Notes: generated by a model from the letters alone, not told the origin. A DNA stretch of 64,000 bases from Chrysomallon squamiferum (GCA_012295275.1 CM022668.1:12772001-12836000); one strand, 5' to 3'; shown: positions 41,990 through 58,253, numbered from the stretch's first letter. Translations and numbers: made by a program.

Positions 41990-43145
41990 TATATATATAT
42001 ATTATATATATATATCATATATATATAAAACAATAAATTAAAATCAACAAATAATATGTCACATATAATAAACTGATGAATATCCACAAGCTGTGAGTTA
42101 AAAGCTTTTTTTTCAAAAATTTATTATCAAAAGAATTTTAGCCAATTTGAACAGATTTCCATGGGAGACAGAATTCTACATCTGGTATTTTTTATATTTT
42201 ACAATGTACAGAGACTATTTACAATAACTAAGATTCACATAAGTCACAAACGATCTTTAATCAGCTATCAATTAATTAATTAATTTAATTACAAACCAAC
42301 ATTCATTCATTCTTTCATTCAACTGTTTTGTAAGATCAGAGAGAAATTGTTTACAAGATTTTGATCATTTTTGAATTATAAAGCTTCCAGCAGATTTTAA
42401 TAATAAGTTATGGTAAAATACAAATAATGGATTTTAATACCAGATGTGATATATACCACTCACCTGTATATGCATGTGCTTGTGTGTGTGTGTGTGTGTG
42501 TGTGTGTGCATGTATGCATTTGTGTGTGTTTGTATGTATGTATGCATGTATGTGACTAAATGTTTGTGTCTGTATGTACGTGATAAGTAAAATAATATAA
42601 ATATGTGTAAAAAAACATTTTTGAGGTACTAAATTATGTAAAAGAAATTTTACAGACTTAGATTCCATTGAATCTTTTTATAAGTGAAATAAAAATCAAA
42701 TTAAAAAAATAATAACTTAAATTAAACAAGAACCATTGAAAAAAAAAATCGGAAAGAAAATTCTGAAAATTAACAGAGGTCTAAAATAAACGGTGGTAAT
42801 TATGAAATGTGAGGAAAAAATAAATATACACACTATATGACAAAGGACTGAAATGTGTGGAAAAAATAAATATACACACTATATAACAAAGGACTGAAAT
42901 TAAGTAGCCAATCAATAATGAAGAGATATATCTGCTTGCAATAATCATACAAAAATTATTATAATGTTTTTCAAAATACCCCCTCCAAAAAATAATAATT
43001 ATAATAATAATAAAGGAATAAAATAAAAATATATATTGCTGAATTCATTCTCGTATGCACATGTAAGCTCTTAAAATCTACATCTTTCACTAATAAATGC
43101 ACAACACACACACAAATGCACATATAAAAGATAATGTTGCTTATC

Positions 43146-43176
<31 letters not shown>

Positions 43177-44608
43177 ATTGAAATAAATTCTACTTCAGTG
43201 ACATTATTAAATAATGTCAAATTAAAAATATGTACATTAAATGACAGATCAAGAGAAATATAAAAAACACAATTATCATCAGATTTATATAAATATTAAT
43301 ATTTTAAATATATATATATACAATCTAAATGAATACAGATTAATTATATTTTACAGTTTTTTAATTATAAAATAGAAGCTCACTTGTGACAAATAAATCT
43401 CCATCAAACTCTGTTTTTTTAGAGTTTTTTTTCATTAAATATTTTTTGGGCCATTTTGGAATAAGGATAAAAATATACACAATATATATATAATATTATG
43501 AATGATGTATTCATAATATGAATTTTCTCCCTCAATTTAATGAAAAAATAAAAAAAATAAAAAATAACAACAATAATAAAAATAAAAATAAATAAATAAA
43601 TAATAAAAAAAAATTAAATTCATTTATTTTTTATTTGGGTTACTATATACACTTTTATGCTATTATAGTAAATAATTTTGTTTTTATAAAAGTGTATTTT
43701 AAAATTTCATTATTTTTTCTCATTTCTAATTTTGTATTAAATGCTCTCATCTTGTTATAAACAACAAAATAAAAATCACAAAATGTCTTGACAACACTGT
43801 ATTATACATGTACACCTAAAAATGACAGAAACATTTATTAACAGTATTATTATTTCCAATGTTGTTTTATCTGTTAATATAATGAATTACAAACTCAACT
43901 GTTCTATTAATTCAAAATAACAAGCAGAGCTGGGTTCAAATCTTCACACAGGTAACTGAAATTCATCTGGCATAGGAATTTATTTATTTATTTATTTATT
44001 TTTTAATGACATCCAGCATTTTTTTGAACACTCTCAATAAAAATAATAATAATTTAAAACATAATTACAGCACATTGTATAAACACCAAATTATATTATG
44101 ATAATGTTAACACTATTAGTGGTAACAGATTTTTCTGTGTTAGTAAGTACTCAAACATTAATTCATCTGGCATGGAGAAGATCAAAATTCTGTATTTTCC
44201 ATTTGTCTGGACTAAGGATTATAAAAATATTTGTTATGAAATGTAAAAGAACTTAAAATAATAAATATGAATAATGAAAGATAAGGAATGAAACAGTATT
44301 TCAACAGATACAAAATAAAGAGAATTCAAAAACTAGTTTGAAGATAATTACTGCTTTCTGGAAATGAAACAAAATATTCAAGGTACATTGTTTAGAAATA
44401 AATAATTGCAATTTACCAGCAATACGAAACAAAATTATTGGTCAATTGTTTTTGAACACCAGTTAGAAATAAAGAACCAATTCCAAAAGAGAATTCCTGG
44501 TAATTCAAAGAAAATATTTTAGGGACAAAATTTGAGTTTTACAGTTTTACAATTTTCTGATCACCGGTTTTTATTTTAATGTTTTGTACATTGTCTTGAA
44601 ATTTGGAA

Positions 44609-44649
<41 letters not shown>

Positions 44650-45155
44650 AACAGCAATAATAATAATAATAATTTTATGTAACAAAATGAAAATATATTT
44701 TTCAAAATCTAACAGTGAATAAATAAAATAAGAATAATGGAAGATATTTTGATTTTTAAAAAATAATATTTATAAATAATTATTCCAGCTGTCTATTTAT
44801 AACCAGTTTTCTCCAATATTCTCTGAAAATATTTACATAACTTTTTCTTTTGTAAAATATAATATTAAAACAACTACAAAAAATAAAAAATAAATAAATA
44901 AATAAATAAAAATAAGAAACAAATAAATAATAAATAGTAAAAAAAAAAAAAAAAAAAAAATAATAATAATAATCATAAATTAAAAATAAAAAAATATATA
45001 TATATATATAAAATAAAATAAATAAAAAGTCCAACACAAGAAGAAAAAAATTATTTAAAATTATGAGACATCATTTCTCTGCAAATTTTGATTTTCTTTT
45101 TTTATAACAGTTCATGAATAATTATTCCGAATAAATGAATAAACGTCTTTCTTCG

Positions 45156-45537
45156 CTATACGATGGTTTCTTTTGAAGGTCGAAGAAGTCGTGGCCGAGA
45201 GACACGAGGTCGTCGCTTCGTCAGTTTGACATCTTTCATCATCAACTCCAACTGCAGTCGGTGTATCTCATTATCTCGTGCCTGAAAGCGTAAAATTAAC
45301 AGAAAAATATATATATTTTTTTTAATATTTTTTTATTCTACTATAACTAAATAATGAGAATATGTCATACTACTGAATAAGTAATTTAGTGTTGCAGATA
45401 CTAATCCTAAAAAAGGATAACAACCATTCCCACAAGTATATTTTTATTTACAGATGGACAAAAAATACACAGGGATGTACAAACATGTGCACATGCATAA
45501 ACTCATATATATTCATATATATATATACACACACATG

Positions 45538-45579
<42 letters not shown>

Positions 45580-45934
45580 CACATCAATATACACATATGA
45601 ATACATACATACTGATGAGCATTTATTCATAAATACAAATTTACTCTCTCTCTCACACACACATTAACATAAACAGAAACACACATACATACCCATCAAC
45701 AACACCCCTCATAACACACACACACACACACACACACACCAGCCCCATACACATCCCCTATACACCACCCACATACCTGTGACACACCCACCCCACCCTA
45801 AGACAGACAGACATACCTGCAAATCCATGTTCAGCTGTTGGGCACTTCGACTCATTTCTTGTCTGATGTCTTCAATCAAAGAACCCCTCAACTGTAAAAA
45901 CAAATATGTGTGTGTATCTATCTATCTATCTATC

Positions 45935-46011
<77 letters not shown>

Positions 46012-46189
46012 ATAAAATAATAATAACAATAATTAATTAATCAGTAAAATACAGTAAAACTGCCATTTTAACAGTAAAAAATTATATTTTAAACATTACT
46101 GTTCAATTTATAATTAATCCATGTCATACTACATCTATATTTTTTTTGGTCTTTTGATGCTCTATGTTGGTTTGTATGCTTAGTATACC

Positions 46190-46222
<33 letters not shown>

Positions 46223-46304
46223 GTCTGTCTGTCTATCTTTCTGTCTGTGACTGTTATCATTCTATTCACCTATCTATGTGTTTATATACAAGTCTGACTT
46301 TCTA

Positions 46305-46341
<37 letters not shown>

Positions 46342-47025
46342 GGTTATATAGGTTTGTTTGTCCATCCATCTAAACATCTATATGTCCATCTCTCTGTCTG
46401 TCTGAAAATCTATCTATCTGTGTTTCTCTCTGAGTTATAATGAAATGTTTAGTATTAACATGTATTGTTATATGTCTGTCTTTCATTCTAGCTATTTATT
46501 TATCAGTCTGTCTGTCTGTCTGTCTATCTGTCTATCTATCTGTGTTTTTCTCTGAGTTATAATGAAATGATTAGTATTAACATGTATTGTTATATGTCTG
46601 TCTTTCATTCTAGCTATTTATTTATTTATCTGTCTGTTTGTCTATCTGTGTTACCTCCTCCATGCTTTTCTGTAACAACTGTTTCTGGTACGGGTCTTCG
46701 CACACTGTTGGTGATGATCCCCATGGGGGATACCTCATCGTCCAGTTAGGGGGTGGGGGGCCCCACCCAGGGGCTAAATTCTGGTTGAACACTGGCCACC
46801 TGCCTGATGCTGCTGATGCATTGTGATGATCGAATGATTCCTCATCATTCTCATCATCCTCGTCATCATGCTGTGAGCTGATCTGCTGCTGGTACATTTG
46901 TTCTTTGAGAAGATCGATCATCTGGAATGAATGATGGATGAATGAATGAATGAATGAATGAATGAATGCTTGGGTTGGCATGCACACGTTATTGTTGCTA
47001 AGATTTCAATAATAATTTTAAATTT

Positions 47026-47060
<35 letters not shown>

Positions 47061-48425
47061 GTTTTGGTGAAATTTTTAAATATGCAACACTGATGTTATG
47101 AATATTTGGCAAAACTGAAAATGACATTCAACTTTATTATTAGTAAAGGTTTGTGTGCAGCATGGAAAATGAAAAAAAAAAAGTAATATGGATTTTTCAA
47201 AATTTTTAAGAACATTGCTGTCAATTAAAGTAATAATAATAATAATAATAATAATGGTATTATAATAATTATAATAATAATAATAATAATACAAAATAAT
47301 AATAATAATATTAATAATAAAATAAAATAAAATATAATGAAATAAAATAAAATCAAAATAAAATCATTACATTATTAGCAACATCATCGGGGACCTTAAT
47401 AAACATCACATCATTTAGGCCATAATTACGATAATTTCTCAAGGACTTAAAAACCATTAAAAAAACTACAACAAAATCAACATCAGAAACTATTAAAACA
47501 AAATTTATTTCAAATCTTTAAAAATTTAAAAGTCCTGTAAAAAAAAAAAAAAAAAAAAAAAATAAATAAAACTATTTTGGCTCCGTATTTAAATAAAAAA
47601 AGCAACAACATTAAAATAAATAAATAATTTACCCTACCCCATAAAAAAAGACCCACTAAATAAAATGTTTCAATATTTTGCTTCATATAAACATTTCACA
47701 GACTTACTATGAGGGTAAAAAAAAAGAAGAAAATCTTTATAAATTAATTTCGAAGATCTGCTAAAAAGAAAAGATATAAAGCTATTAAGACTCACGTTCT
47801 CAAGCATGTTGAAGCTTGACAGGTAACTGAAGAAGTCATTTCCAGCTTCAACACTTCTCATTCTGTCAGACAGCAAATGCTCCATCTTGAAAACCTCCTG
47901 TCTGATTTCTGAGCACAAATACTGAACTGTCTCAACTTCGTCTCTGTGTCAATAACAATAATAAATAAAACAACAACAACAACAACAACGATAATAATCA
48001 CAGTAACAATAATAACAATAATAATAATGATGATGATGATGATAATAATAACAACAATAATGATGATGATGATGATGATAACAATGATGTTAATGATAAT
48101 AATAATGATGATGATGATGATAATAATAATGATGATGATAATGATATAAAATATCTGAGGTATGTATTTGTTTATATTCTTTATATTATCATAAAATTAA
48201 AAAAAATAATCAGATGGGCACATCTCTAAAAACATTACATGACCACACACACAACACACACAACACTGACACTCACACAACACAATCACACAGACACACA
48301 CAACACACACACAAACACGAACACCACCATTTTCAAACATACACATTATTAACAATATCTGAAAAAAGAAAACAATCTTTGTGAACAACAGGATGATAGC
48401 CACAGAGTCCACATTGAGAACTAGT

Positions 48426-48488
<63 letters not shown>

Positions 48489-48508
48489 ATTTCTCTCTCT
48501 CTCCCCTG

Positions 48509-48561
<53 letters not shown>

Positions 48562-49242
48562 CATGTCAAAATAGCAGAGATGACACCTCACCTTTCTTCT
48601 TGTGTGAGTTCATCGAAGGCCGTCTGGTATCTCATAGACATAACAGTCTCACACACATTCATCTCCGTCTTGTACTTCTGCACTGCATGCTGTAACAAGC
48701 GGGTTTCTTCTTGGATTCTCTGTAAACAGAACACAGCTTGGAATATTGTTAAACCTCTCTGAGTTCATTTTGTGACTGCCGTTTAATCATTTTTATTTAT
48801 GTAGTGATCATAGTTTTATTTTTCCTATAACTATAGTGATTATAATTTTGTTTTTCCTATAACTATAGTGATCATCATTTTAATTTTTCCTATAACAATA
48901 GTGATTGTAATTATAATTTTTTCTAAAACAATAGTGATCATAATTTTTATTATAACAATAGTGATTGTAATTTTTATTTCTCCTGTAACTAAAGTAATCC
49001 CATCAGCTGTAGTAATTTCTGATGTATTATATTATTATTATTGGCCAATATGTTGCTATACAGTGATAGAGAATTTTAATCTTTTTAAAGTCTGTTACAA
49101 TTGTAATTTTTAAAATCTTCTTTTAGGTGTTATTTTTTTTATTTTCTAATGTAACTGTATCTTAGATATATATACATGTGTCATGTGTATGTCTGTATGT
49201 GAATAAATATAAGTGTTTGTGTGTGTGTATGTTTGAGCATGT

Positions 49243-49280
<38 letters not shown>

Positions 49281-49462
49281 ATGTGTGTGTGTGTGTATGT
49301 TTGTGTGTGCGTGTCTGTGTGTGTGTACATGTCTGTGTGTGTTTGTGTGTGTGTCTGTGTGTGCGTGTCTGTGTATGTGTGTCTGTGTGTGCATGTCTGT
49401 GTCTGTGTGTGTCTGTGTGTGTGTGTGCTTTTCTGTGTGTGTCTGTGTGTGTGTGTGTATCT

Positions 49463-49508
<46 letters not shown>

Positions 49509-49899
49509 ATGTCTGTGTGTACCTTTCTTCTGACCAGTGTGGTCCAGTCACGAACTGGTTTCTTTGGACGATACTTTGGAATAGTTCTCCTTCTTCCCTG
49601 TAAAAATATTACATCATTAGTCATGTGGCAATAAATAAATAAATAAATAAATAAATGAACAAATAAAATGAATGAATAAATGAATGAATGAATAAATAAA
49701 TAAATGAATAAGTGAATAAATGAATAAATAAATATTAAATAAATGAATAAATAAATGAATAAGAAAATAAATAAATAACATTTCATATACTAATAAAAAA
49801 TAATAACACATCTAGAAAAAAAGAAACACATTTAAATGTAGAAATAAAAAAGCATTAATATCTAAATATTCTTGGCAGAATTATATGTGGCTATATATC

Positions 49900-49939
<40 letters not shown>

Positions 49940-51683
49940 AAATTAAAAACCCCAAAACAATGTCCATTTCACTTCTGAAGAAAGTAAGTACTGTGGATGT
50001 TAAATTAAATCTCTATTTCACTAGTGTGTAAGTGTATCAGTCTGTCTGTATGTCTGTATGTGTGTCTGGTTTTAGATCACTAACTGAAACATATTACAAC
50101 ATTGGACATTAGCAGCAGATTAACTGTAACAACAGATTAAAAATGTTGCAGATTTAAATAAATAATTTTTTTTAACCTTCTTTACTTTTGTTTGTTTACG
50201 TTGTGTATCTAGATGTGAAAACTATCATTTGATAAAATTATCAAAAATAATTTTAGTTATGTGGAAATTTCCACTTGGTCTGTTTATTAATTAAAAACAA
50301 TTTGTTATATGTCAACATTTTTTTCCTTTATTTATTTGCATATTTGTATATATAATGCATATGAGTATATATCTAAATAATTAAAACTATTATTAGTAAA
50401 TTATCAAATAAAAAAAAAAAAAAAAAGTATTTTATTTACGTGTAAATTTCATCTTGACTAGTTTATCTAAATATCTAAATACTTTCTAATGTTCCCAATT
50501 TTTTCCCTATCTTTATGTCTTTATTTGAATATCTGCATTAACTGCTTATGTATGTAAGAAAAGAGAAATATAAATTATTAAAAAAAAAAAAAAATAATAA
50601 TAATAATAATTATTTGCTTACCTAAAACACAAGGGACTATACTTTAATAAATAATCAAAATTTAAATTTACTTACATAGAAACTTCAACTTGGCTAATAT
50701 ATCAACTGATATTTCTTACAGTTCAATATTGTTTATACGTAAACTATGTATGAATGTACTGACAATAATTTAGTAAATTATCTAATGTATTTTTACTTAC
50801 GTGGACACTTTTACTTGGCTGGTTTATCAGTCGAATTAGTTTCTTGTACTCCAGCAACTCAATGTTACTACAACTGGCAGTGCTCTCAGCTACTGACGAA
50901 TAGTCACTCTCCTCGGTTAGCGAAATCTTAGACCCAGAATCGTCAGGGTTCGAAAAGTGCCGCAAAGAACCGGCAGGATATTGCGAAAAACCGCAAGGAC
51001 TTCCGGTTGAAAACACAATGGCTGGCGTCGAATGCCAGGGAAGAGTGGAAGAAGGTATGTAACTCTGTTGTTCGTCCGCACTCAAGTTGTCGTCACAGTA
51101 ATTTTCTTTCCTGGCAGAGTGTCGCGACGACGTAAAGGGAGGTAATTTGTTGTGACTGTGTGACGGAATTGTCTCCCTTGGAATTGCGTTGGAAGAGTTG
51201 GTGAAGCTTGTTTTTTTGATGTGATTTCCTTCAGTTTTTTTGGAAAACGTGGAAAAGTTCAACCTCGCCGATGTTTTTGTTTCACTGCTGTTTTCTCCCT
51301 GCCCACATTTAGGCTGCAATGGCGGAATAAAACACCATGATATGAATGTCTGTGTTTCATTCTTCGATGGGACTGGACCCACCTCCCCGCTGTAAACTGT
51401 AGCCGAGGGTGGAGCAGGTGGACTCTGGGGGTGGAATTTCTCGGGCGGGACCTGAGACAAGGCTACTGTGATGGCATCGTCGACGACAACATCGGTTAAT
51501 GCTTGTCCTTGGTTTGATGAAAATGGTTGCTGCGTTGTGGTTGTGGTGTTTAATGGCTGTAATTTGGAGTAATGGTCATTTTACGAGACATCGAAAGTAA
51601 ATTAATGTCAAATCAGGTGTTAGTAACAGTGAAATAGGCAAAGGAAAATATGCCAGTTTTTATATGACAGGCTGTGTGTGTGC

Positions 51684-51727
<44 letters not shown>

Positions 51728-53009
51728 ATGTTTGTATGTCTGGATATACGTTTGTGTTTGGATATATTTGCATGTGTTTTTTATATACATATATATGTTT
51801 GTATGTGTGTGTGTGTGTGTTTAAATATTTCTGTTTGTTTGTGTATAGATATATGATGCATTTTCATGTAATTCAACTGTTTACATGTATACACACAAAC
51901 ACACACACATGTACGCAACATATATTTATGCTCAAATGAAGACACACATATTCATGTATACAAAAACACACACACACACACACACACACAAACATATATA
52001 TATACATACATGCACACACACACATTTTTTATACTGAAAATTTAAATAACAAACCAATAACCAAACAAAAACAGGTGGCGATAAAATGCAACAATTCTGT
52101 ATATTACGTGTACAAAAACAGGATCTCAGAGTTTAAACAGAAAAAACTCACTTTTGAAAGTTCTGCTGGATCTGTTACATTAGCCTCTGCGCTGACATCA
52201 GCATCGCCGAAGCCACTGCTGTCCGACTGGACACTGCCCATACGAGGCAAATCTACAAACACCAAAAATATTCAACTTGTGACACTGCCTGATGAAACAT
52301 GTATTAAGTCATATTCTGGGAGCAAAGAGTTACATAAATATTCATATTCCTTATAATGTATGAATATTTATATTCCTTATGTCATATGAATAATCATTCT
52401 CCTTATGTTGTACGAATATTTATGTCATAGGAATAGTCACGTTTCTTATGTGATATGAATATTTATATTCTTTATGTCATATGAATATTCATGTTTCTTA
52501 TGTCATATGAATATTCATTATCCTTGTGTTGTATGATTATTTATATTCCTTAAATCATATCTTCATTTGAGCTAAATCTAAACACACAAAACATTTTTAA
52601 CCATTTGATTCTTTAATAGCAGTAAGCAGTGAACATTTCTGTTTTATAACCTAAACAACTAAACTTGACTAATAATTAAGTATGATGATAAAATATCAAG
52701 ATGGAAGGAGGCTTATATTTTTATTTTATTGTGATATTATTTTGTCAATGGAAATTTTAAATAAAATATTAAAAAAAAAACCATACTTAGATATGCAAAC
52801 ACACTTGCCTAGGGCTAGAAATACCTTCACAAGATCTATTCTATGTATGTGTTATTTGATAGGTAACCTACATGTAACAATTTAGTATTGTGTGATAGAA
52901 ATGTTTAAATTATGATATATTATTACAGATGTGATTCCAGGTGTTATAATTAATGTGCTGTTTACCTTTGGTTGCACCTTGATGTGAATTGTCTGCATTT
53001 TTCTGCATT

Positions 53010-53051
<42 letters not shown>

Positions 53052-56000
53052 TCCAAAAAAAATGTTAACTCAAAACCAATAAAAGCCATTCAAAGAATTT
53101 TACTATTTTGCTATCATAAATAAGCAATAATAAATACTACTGTAATAATATTACCAATTTAGCAACAATATTACCATTTGAGTATCATTAATAAACAGTA
53201 AACGCTATGAGTATAAATAAACACTATTGTAATAATATTACCATTTCAGCATCATTAACATGCAATAATTATAATAATTATCATAAATAATAATAATAAA
53301 TTATAATCAGTATCATAAATAAATAAATAATATTAAACAAGATAAGAATATTACCATTTCAGTATCATAAATAATTAAACAACAATAGACATCATAAGAT
53401 TATTACAATATTAATATGAATAAATAATAGTAAAATACCATTGTAATAATATTACCATTTCAGCATCATGAATACTTAATAAACATCATTAATAAGCAAT
53501 AATAATAAATATTATTGGAATATTATTACCATTTCAGCATCATTAATAAGCAATAAAAAAAATACTGTTTGAATGATATTATAATTTCAGTATCACAAAT
53601 AAATAAACAACAAACACTATAAGAATATTACAATTTCAGTGTCAATAAATAATAGTAATAAATACTGTTGTAGTAATATTAGCATTTTAGCAATAACAAA
53701 TTTTACCATAACAATATTACCACTTCAGCAATAATAAAAATTACTGTAAAAATATTACCACTTTGGCAATACAAATAAATAGTACTATAATAATACCACT
53801 TCAGCAATAATAAATATTACAGTAATATAACCAATTAAGCATTAAAAATAATAAATAGTACCATTTCAATAATAATAAATATTACTGTACAATATTACTT
53901 CAGCAACAATAAATATGAGCATTAAATAATATTACTATTTCAGCAATAATAATAAATATTACTGTAATAATATTACCATTTCAGCATTAAAATAAGTATT
54001 ATTTTAACAATATTACCATTTCAGCATTAAAATCAGTATTATTTTAACAATATTACCATTTCAGCATTAAAATCAGTATTATTTTAACAATATTACCATT
54101 TCAGCATTAAAATCAGTATTATTTAAATAATATTACCATTTCAGCATTAAAATCAGTATTATTTTAATAATATTACCATTTCAGCATTAAAATCATTATT
54201 ATTTTAATAATATTACCATTTCAGCATCGTGTATTTCCTGGGCCACGCTGGGGTAGTTGTCGTTCTCATCAGCGAACTTGACGCACAGGTGCGTCGCGGG
54301 TTCCAAACTCGGCTCTTCCGCGTTCGAACCTTCGGCCATCACGACCGTCAGGTCTTCCACGTTGTCCTCGCTGAACACCGTGTCGGAACGGGCGATGCTG
54401 CTTTCGGGCGTGTCCAGACTAGGGTGGGGGCTCTCGTTACCCACGATGGTGTAATCGGACCCGGAGTCCGACAGTCTGTCCATCGCTGTGTTCACTATCG
54501 TCAGCAAAGCTTGAGTGCCGGCAACCTTGGCCTGGAACTGTTGCTGCGGGCACGTTACCGTGGCGATCGGCGACTTAGGCGAACGGTGTTTGGAGTCCGG
54601 CTCATCGTGGATGACAATTTTGACTTTCTGGCGAAGCGAGCTGTCGTCCTGGTGGTATTTTATTATCGGCGAAGTCTCGATGACGGGATCCGTTTTCGAA
54701 AAGTTCTGTTTCGAAGACGCGACGGGCGTCACTGCGTAGTCACAATCGCCCGCCAAGCTTCGCATTAATCCTTCGACCTGTCTCATGCGCTCGCAGCTGA
54801 TACCAGGCGAGGTGACCTCTGGAGAGGTCGTTGTCTCGCCGCCGACCGAAGTGCTGCTGCTCGTTTCCGAAATGACGGCCGAAAAATCGGAGCTGTCGAG
54901 TGAAGTGCTGTAACTCAGATAGTTCGACTTGCCTTTCGAATCGTCTGTGCTCGCGGAAATCCAGTTGTTTCCGTCCATCTGTGCGTCCTCGTGTCCCTCG
55001 CCGCTCTCCACCAGGCTCCATTCTTTACGGAGTCGACATTTCGAGAACATCTGCCGCCTCGATGCTGCGTTGGCCGATTTCTTCTCGGCCTCGGTTTTGT
55101 CGTTTTCGTCGCCGTTTCCGTTTGTGGCGTAGTACCCTCGGAGAGCCAGCGCCTTCTGGTTGTCTGGGTGGAGGATGCTCACCACCTGCTCTTCCTGTTC
55201 CGGAAGGGGCTCGAATAATTTCTTCTGGGCCGATTTTGCCCTCAGTTCGACAAAGTCTTCAAACCAGCTAAAGCGGAGGAGACGGTTTTTGAAGCTGCTC
55301 GAAAAATTCCTGAAATCAAAAATGTTTTTTAAAAAATTAAAAAATTAAATATTTGTAATTTTAAATGTGGATTAATTTATATAAGTGATTGGATGTTAAA
55401 TAAATACATAAAATTTTGTTAAGTATGTTATCATTGTATAATTAGATATATGTATGAGTGTGTGTGTTTTTTTTTTTATATATTATGATTATGGTAATAT
55501 TGGTTACAAATATAATTAAATTTAAGTTGCTATAAAGTCAAAAATATCAAATAGTTGAACATTTTTAACATTTAAGTTTAAAAAGTTAAATCTTGTTAAT
55601 TATTTATTAACTGCATTACAAAGAACAATAAATAAATAAATAAATATAATAAATAAATAAATAAAATAAAATAAAAAATTAAAATTAACAAGTAATTAAT
55701 TTTAATATTTATTATTTTTTTACTTAAATAATAAAACACAAATCAGAATTATAAACAATTTCAAGATAAAAATGAATTATTATTCTTGCACTAAATGCTA
55801 TAACTCTATATAAAAAAAAATTTCTAAAAACAATAACATCAATAAAATTATTAAATTCTTTTCACAAACTCTCTTACATATCTTAATAAAAACTCAAATC
55901 AAACATGCTCAGACAAAAAAGAACAAAGCTCAAATGAAATCACAAATAACAGAACAAACAATCAAAATTAATGAAGAAAAATGTTACTAGAATATTAAAA

Positions 56001-56686
56001 AATACTAAAATGCACAACAACAACAACAATCAGCTCACAGGGGTATTTGTTCGAAAACAAATAAAAATGTAAATAAAATAAAAAATGAAAACGAAAGTAA
56101 GAAACAAACAACGGAAATGAGACTAAACAAACTAAAAACAACAGTTTGTTTGAAGCTAATTTCATGTATAACAACAAGCAATATAAATAAACAAATAAAT
56201 AAATAAATAAAATTTAGAAAACAAAAAGAAATACATAAACAAAGAAGAAAAAAGCAAACAAAGACAAATTAGAAAGAAAAATTAATGACATTTATATGTT
56301 GATACCTTTACAGGTGCATGTGACCTATATGGTATTGTTTTCATTTTTTCTTAATAGTATTTTTTTTTATTTCACAAAACATTTTAACGTATGCATGCAT
56401 GAATGCATATGCATATGTATGTCTACATGTATGTATTGTGTGTGTGTGTGTGTGTATGTGTGTTTGTCTGTTTTTGTCTATGTATACATGTAAGCAAAAA
56501 TAAGCTATCAAATTTTATAATAATTTCATATTGACTGTCATTACAAAGAAATAACAAAAACTTAAAGGTCAAAATAGAAAAAAAGATACAAATAAAGAAA
56601 AATGCAAAACAAAATCACAAATAAAAAGAAAAAGAAAATATGATAACAATATGCACACCCATATATGCATATATTACAATACACAG

Positions 56687-56757
<71 letters not shown>

Positions 56758-57302
56758 CACACACATATACATACATGTATATTCCATACAAATATAGTTA
56801 GCCTGTGAGAATTACATTACTGTCAACAGAAATTAACATAACCTACTAATGATTAAAATAAATGAATAAATCAAAAATCAATCAACATCAAACAAAATCA
56901 TTATATTAATAAGGGTTTTGGTTGTTGTTATTTATTTATTTATTTATTTTTATTTTTTGAGGAATTAAAAAAAAAGATAAAAAAATAAAAAATAGTATTA
57001 AGAAAAAATAAAAACCATAGCAACAACAAGAACACAAACATTAATTCACACTTTACACACAGAGTTGCAAAATGTAACTAACAAATTTACAATGCAACAA
57101 AAAAAAAAAAACACACAAACAAACAATAAGTATATTAAGAATTTTACAACAAACAAATATGTATATATATATATACATCATACCAGCATTACAAATATGT
57201 AAATAATGTTAAAAGTTTTACCTGTGTATCCTCAATACACCAGCACTGAAGAAAATGTTACAACTGACAATAAAATAATACAACCTCATAAATCTCTCTC
57301 TC

Positions 57303-57337
<35 letters not shown>

Positions 57338-57480
57338 TCTCTCTCCCCTCCCTCCCCCTGACCCTCCCTCCATCCATCCTCTCTTTCTCTCTCTCTCTCT
57401 TTGTCCCTCCCTCCCTCCCTCTCCCTCCCTCCCTCCCTTCTCTTTTTCCCCTCTCTTCCCTCTCTCTCTCTCATTCTTTG

Positions 57481-57531
<51 letters not shown>

Positions 57532-57580
57532 CTCTCTCTCTCTCTCTCTCTAATTCTTTGATAATAATTATAATAATAAC

Positions 57581-57655
<75 letters not shown>

Positions 57656-58222
57656 AAAAAGTAATATACTACTACTACTACTACTAATAATAATCTTAAG
57701 TGTAACAATAACCGTAACAATAATAATTATAAGACATTAATAACAAATCACAAAATGTTTTAATCACATGTATAACATCAAAAACGTAATTTCAACACAT
57801 TGTTAATAATTAACAGGAAAATACTCTTCAGTAAATGTAAAAATAAGTAACACAGAGTAAAAATGTTAAACATTTGTTGCACATAGTAACAGCATTAACA
57901 AACAATTCACTGAATGTGTCACATATTTATATGAATTTAGGATTTTAAAGAAAACCCTGAATATGGTATGAATAAGGTAACTTGATAGTGTGTGTGTATG
58001 TTCAATTTATATATATTTGTATATGTGTGGATATCTGTACATATATATATATATATTTATTTATGCAAGCACTATATATATATTTTACATATGTAAAGTA
58101 TGTGTGTGTGTGTATTTTTGTATATAGCATGTTTTTGTATATATATATATCTGCTTCTGATGATCTATTAGGAATTATGATTATGTGTTTGTTTATATAT
58201 CTGCAATGTTGACTTATCTAAG

Positions 58223-58253
<31 letters not shown>

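Noticed and set aside
49146-49811. Cluster of 80-200 aa ORFs (HTHT/VCVC-rich)
   Set aside because: These are translations of a (TG)n microsatellite and (ATTT)n tracts; only 49597-49523 is a real exon.
54229-55348. Several + strand ORFs up to 179 aa
   Set aside because: Antisense shadows of a GC-rich minus-strand exon, with no recognisable domain or splice support.
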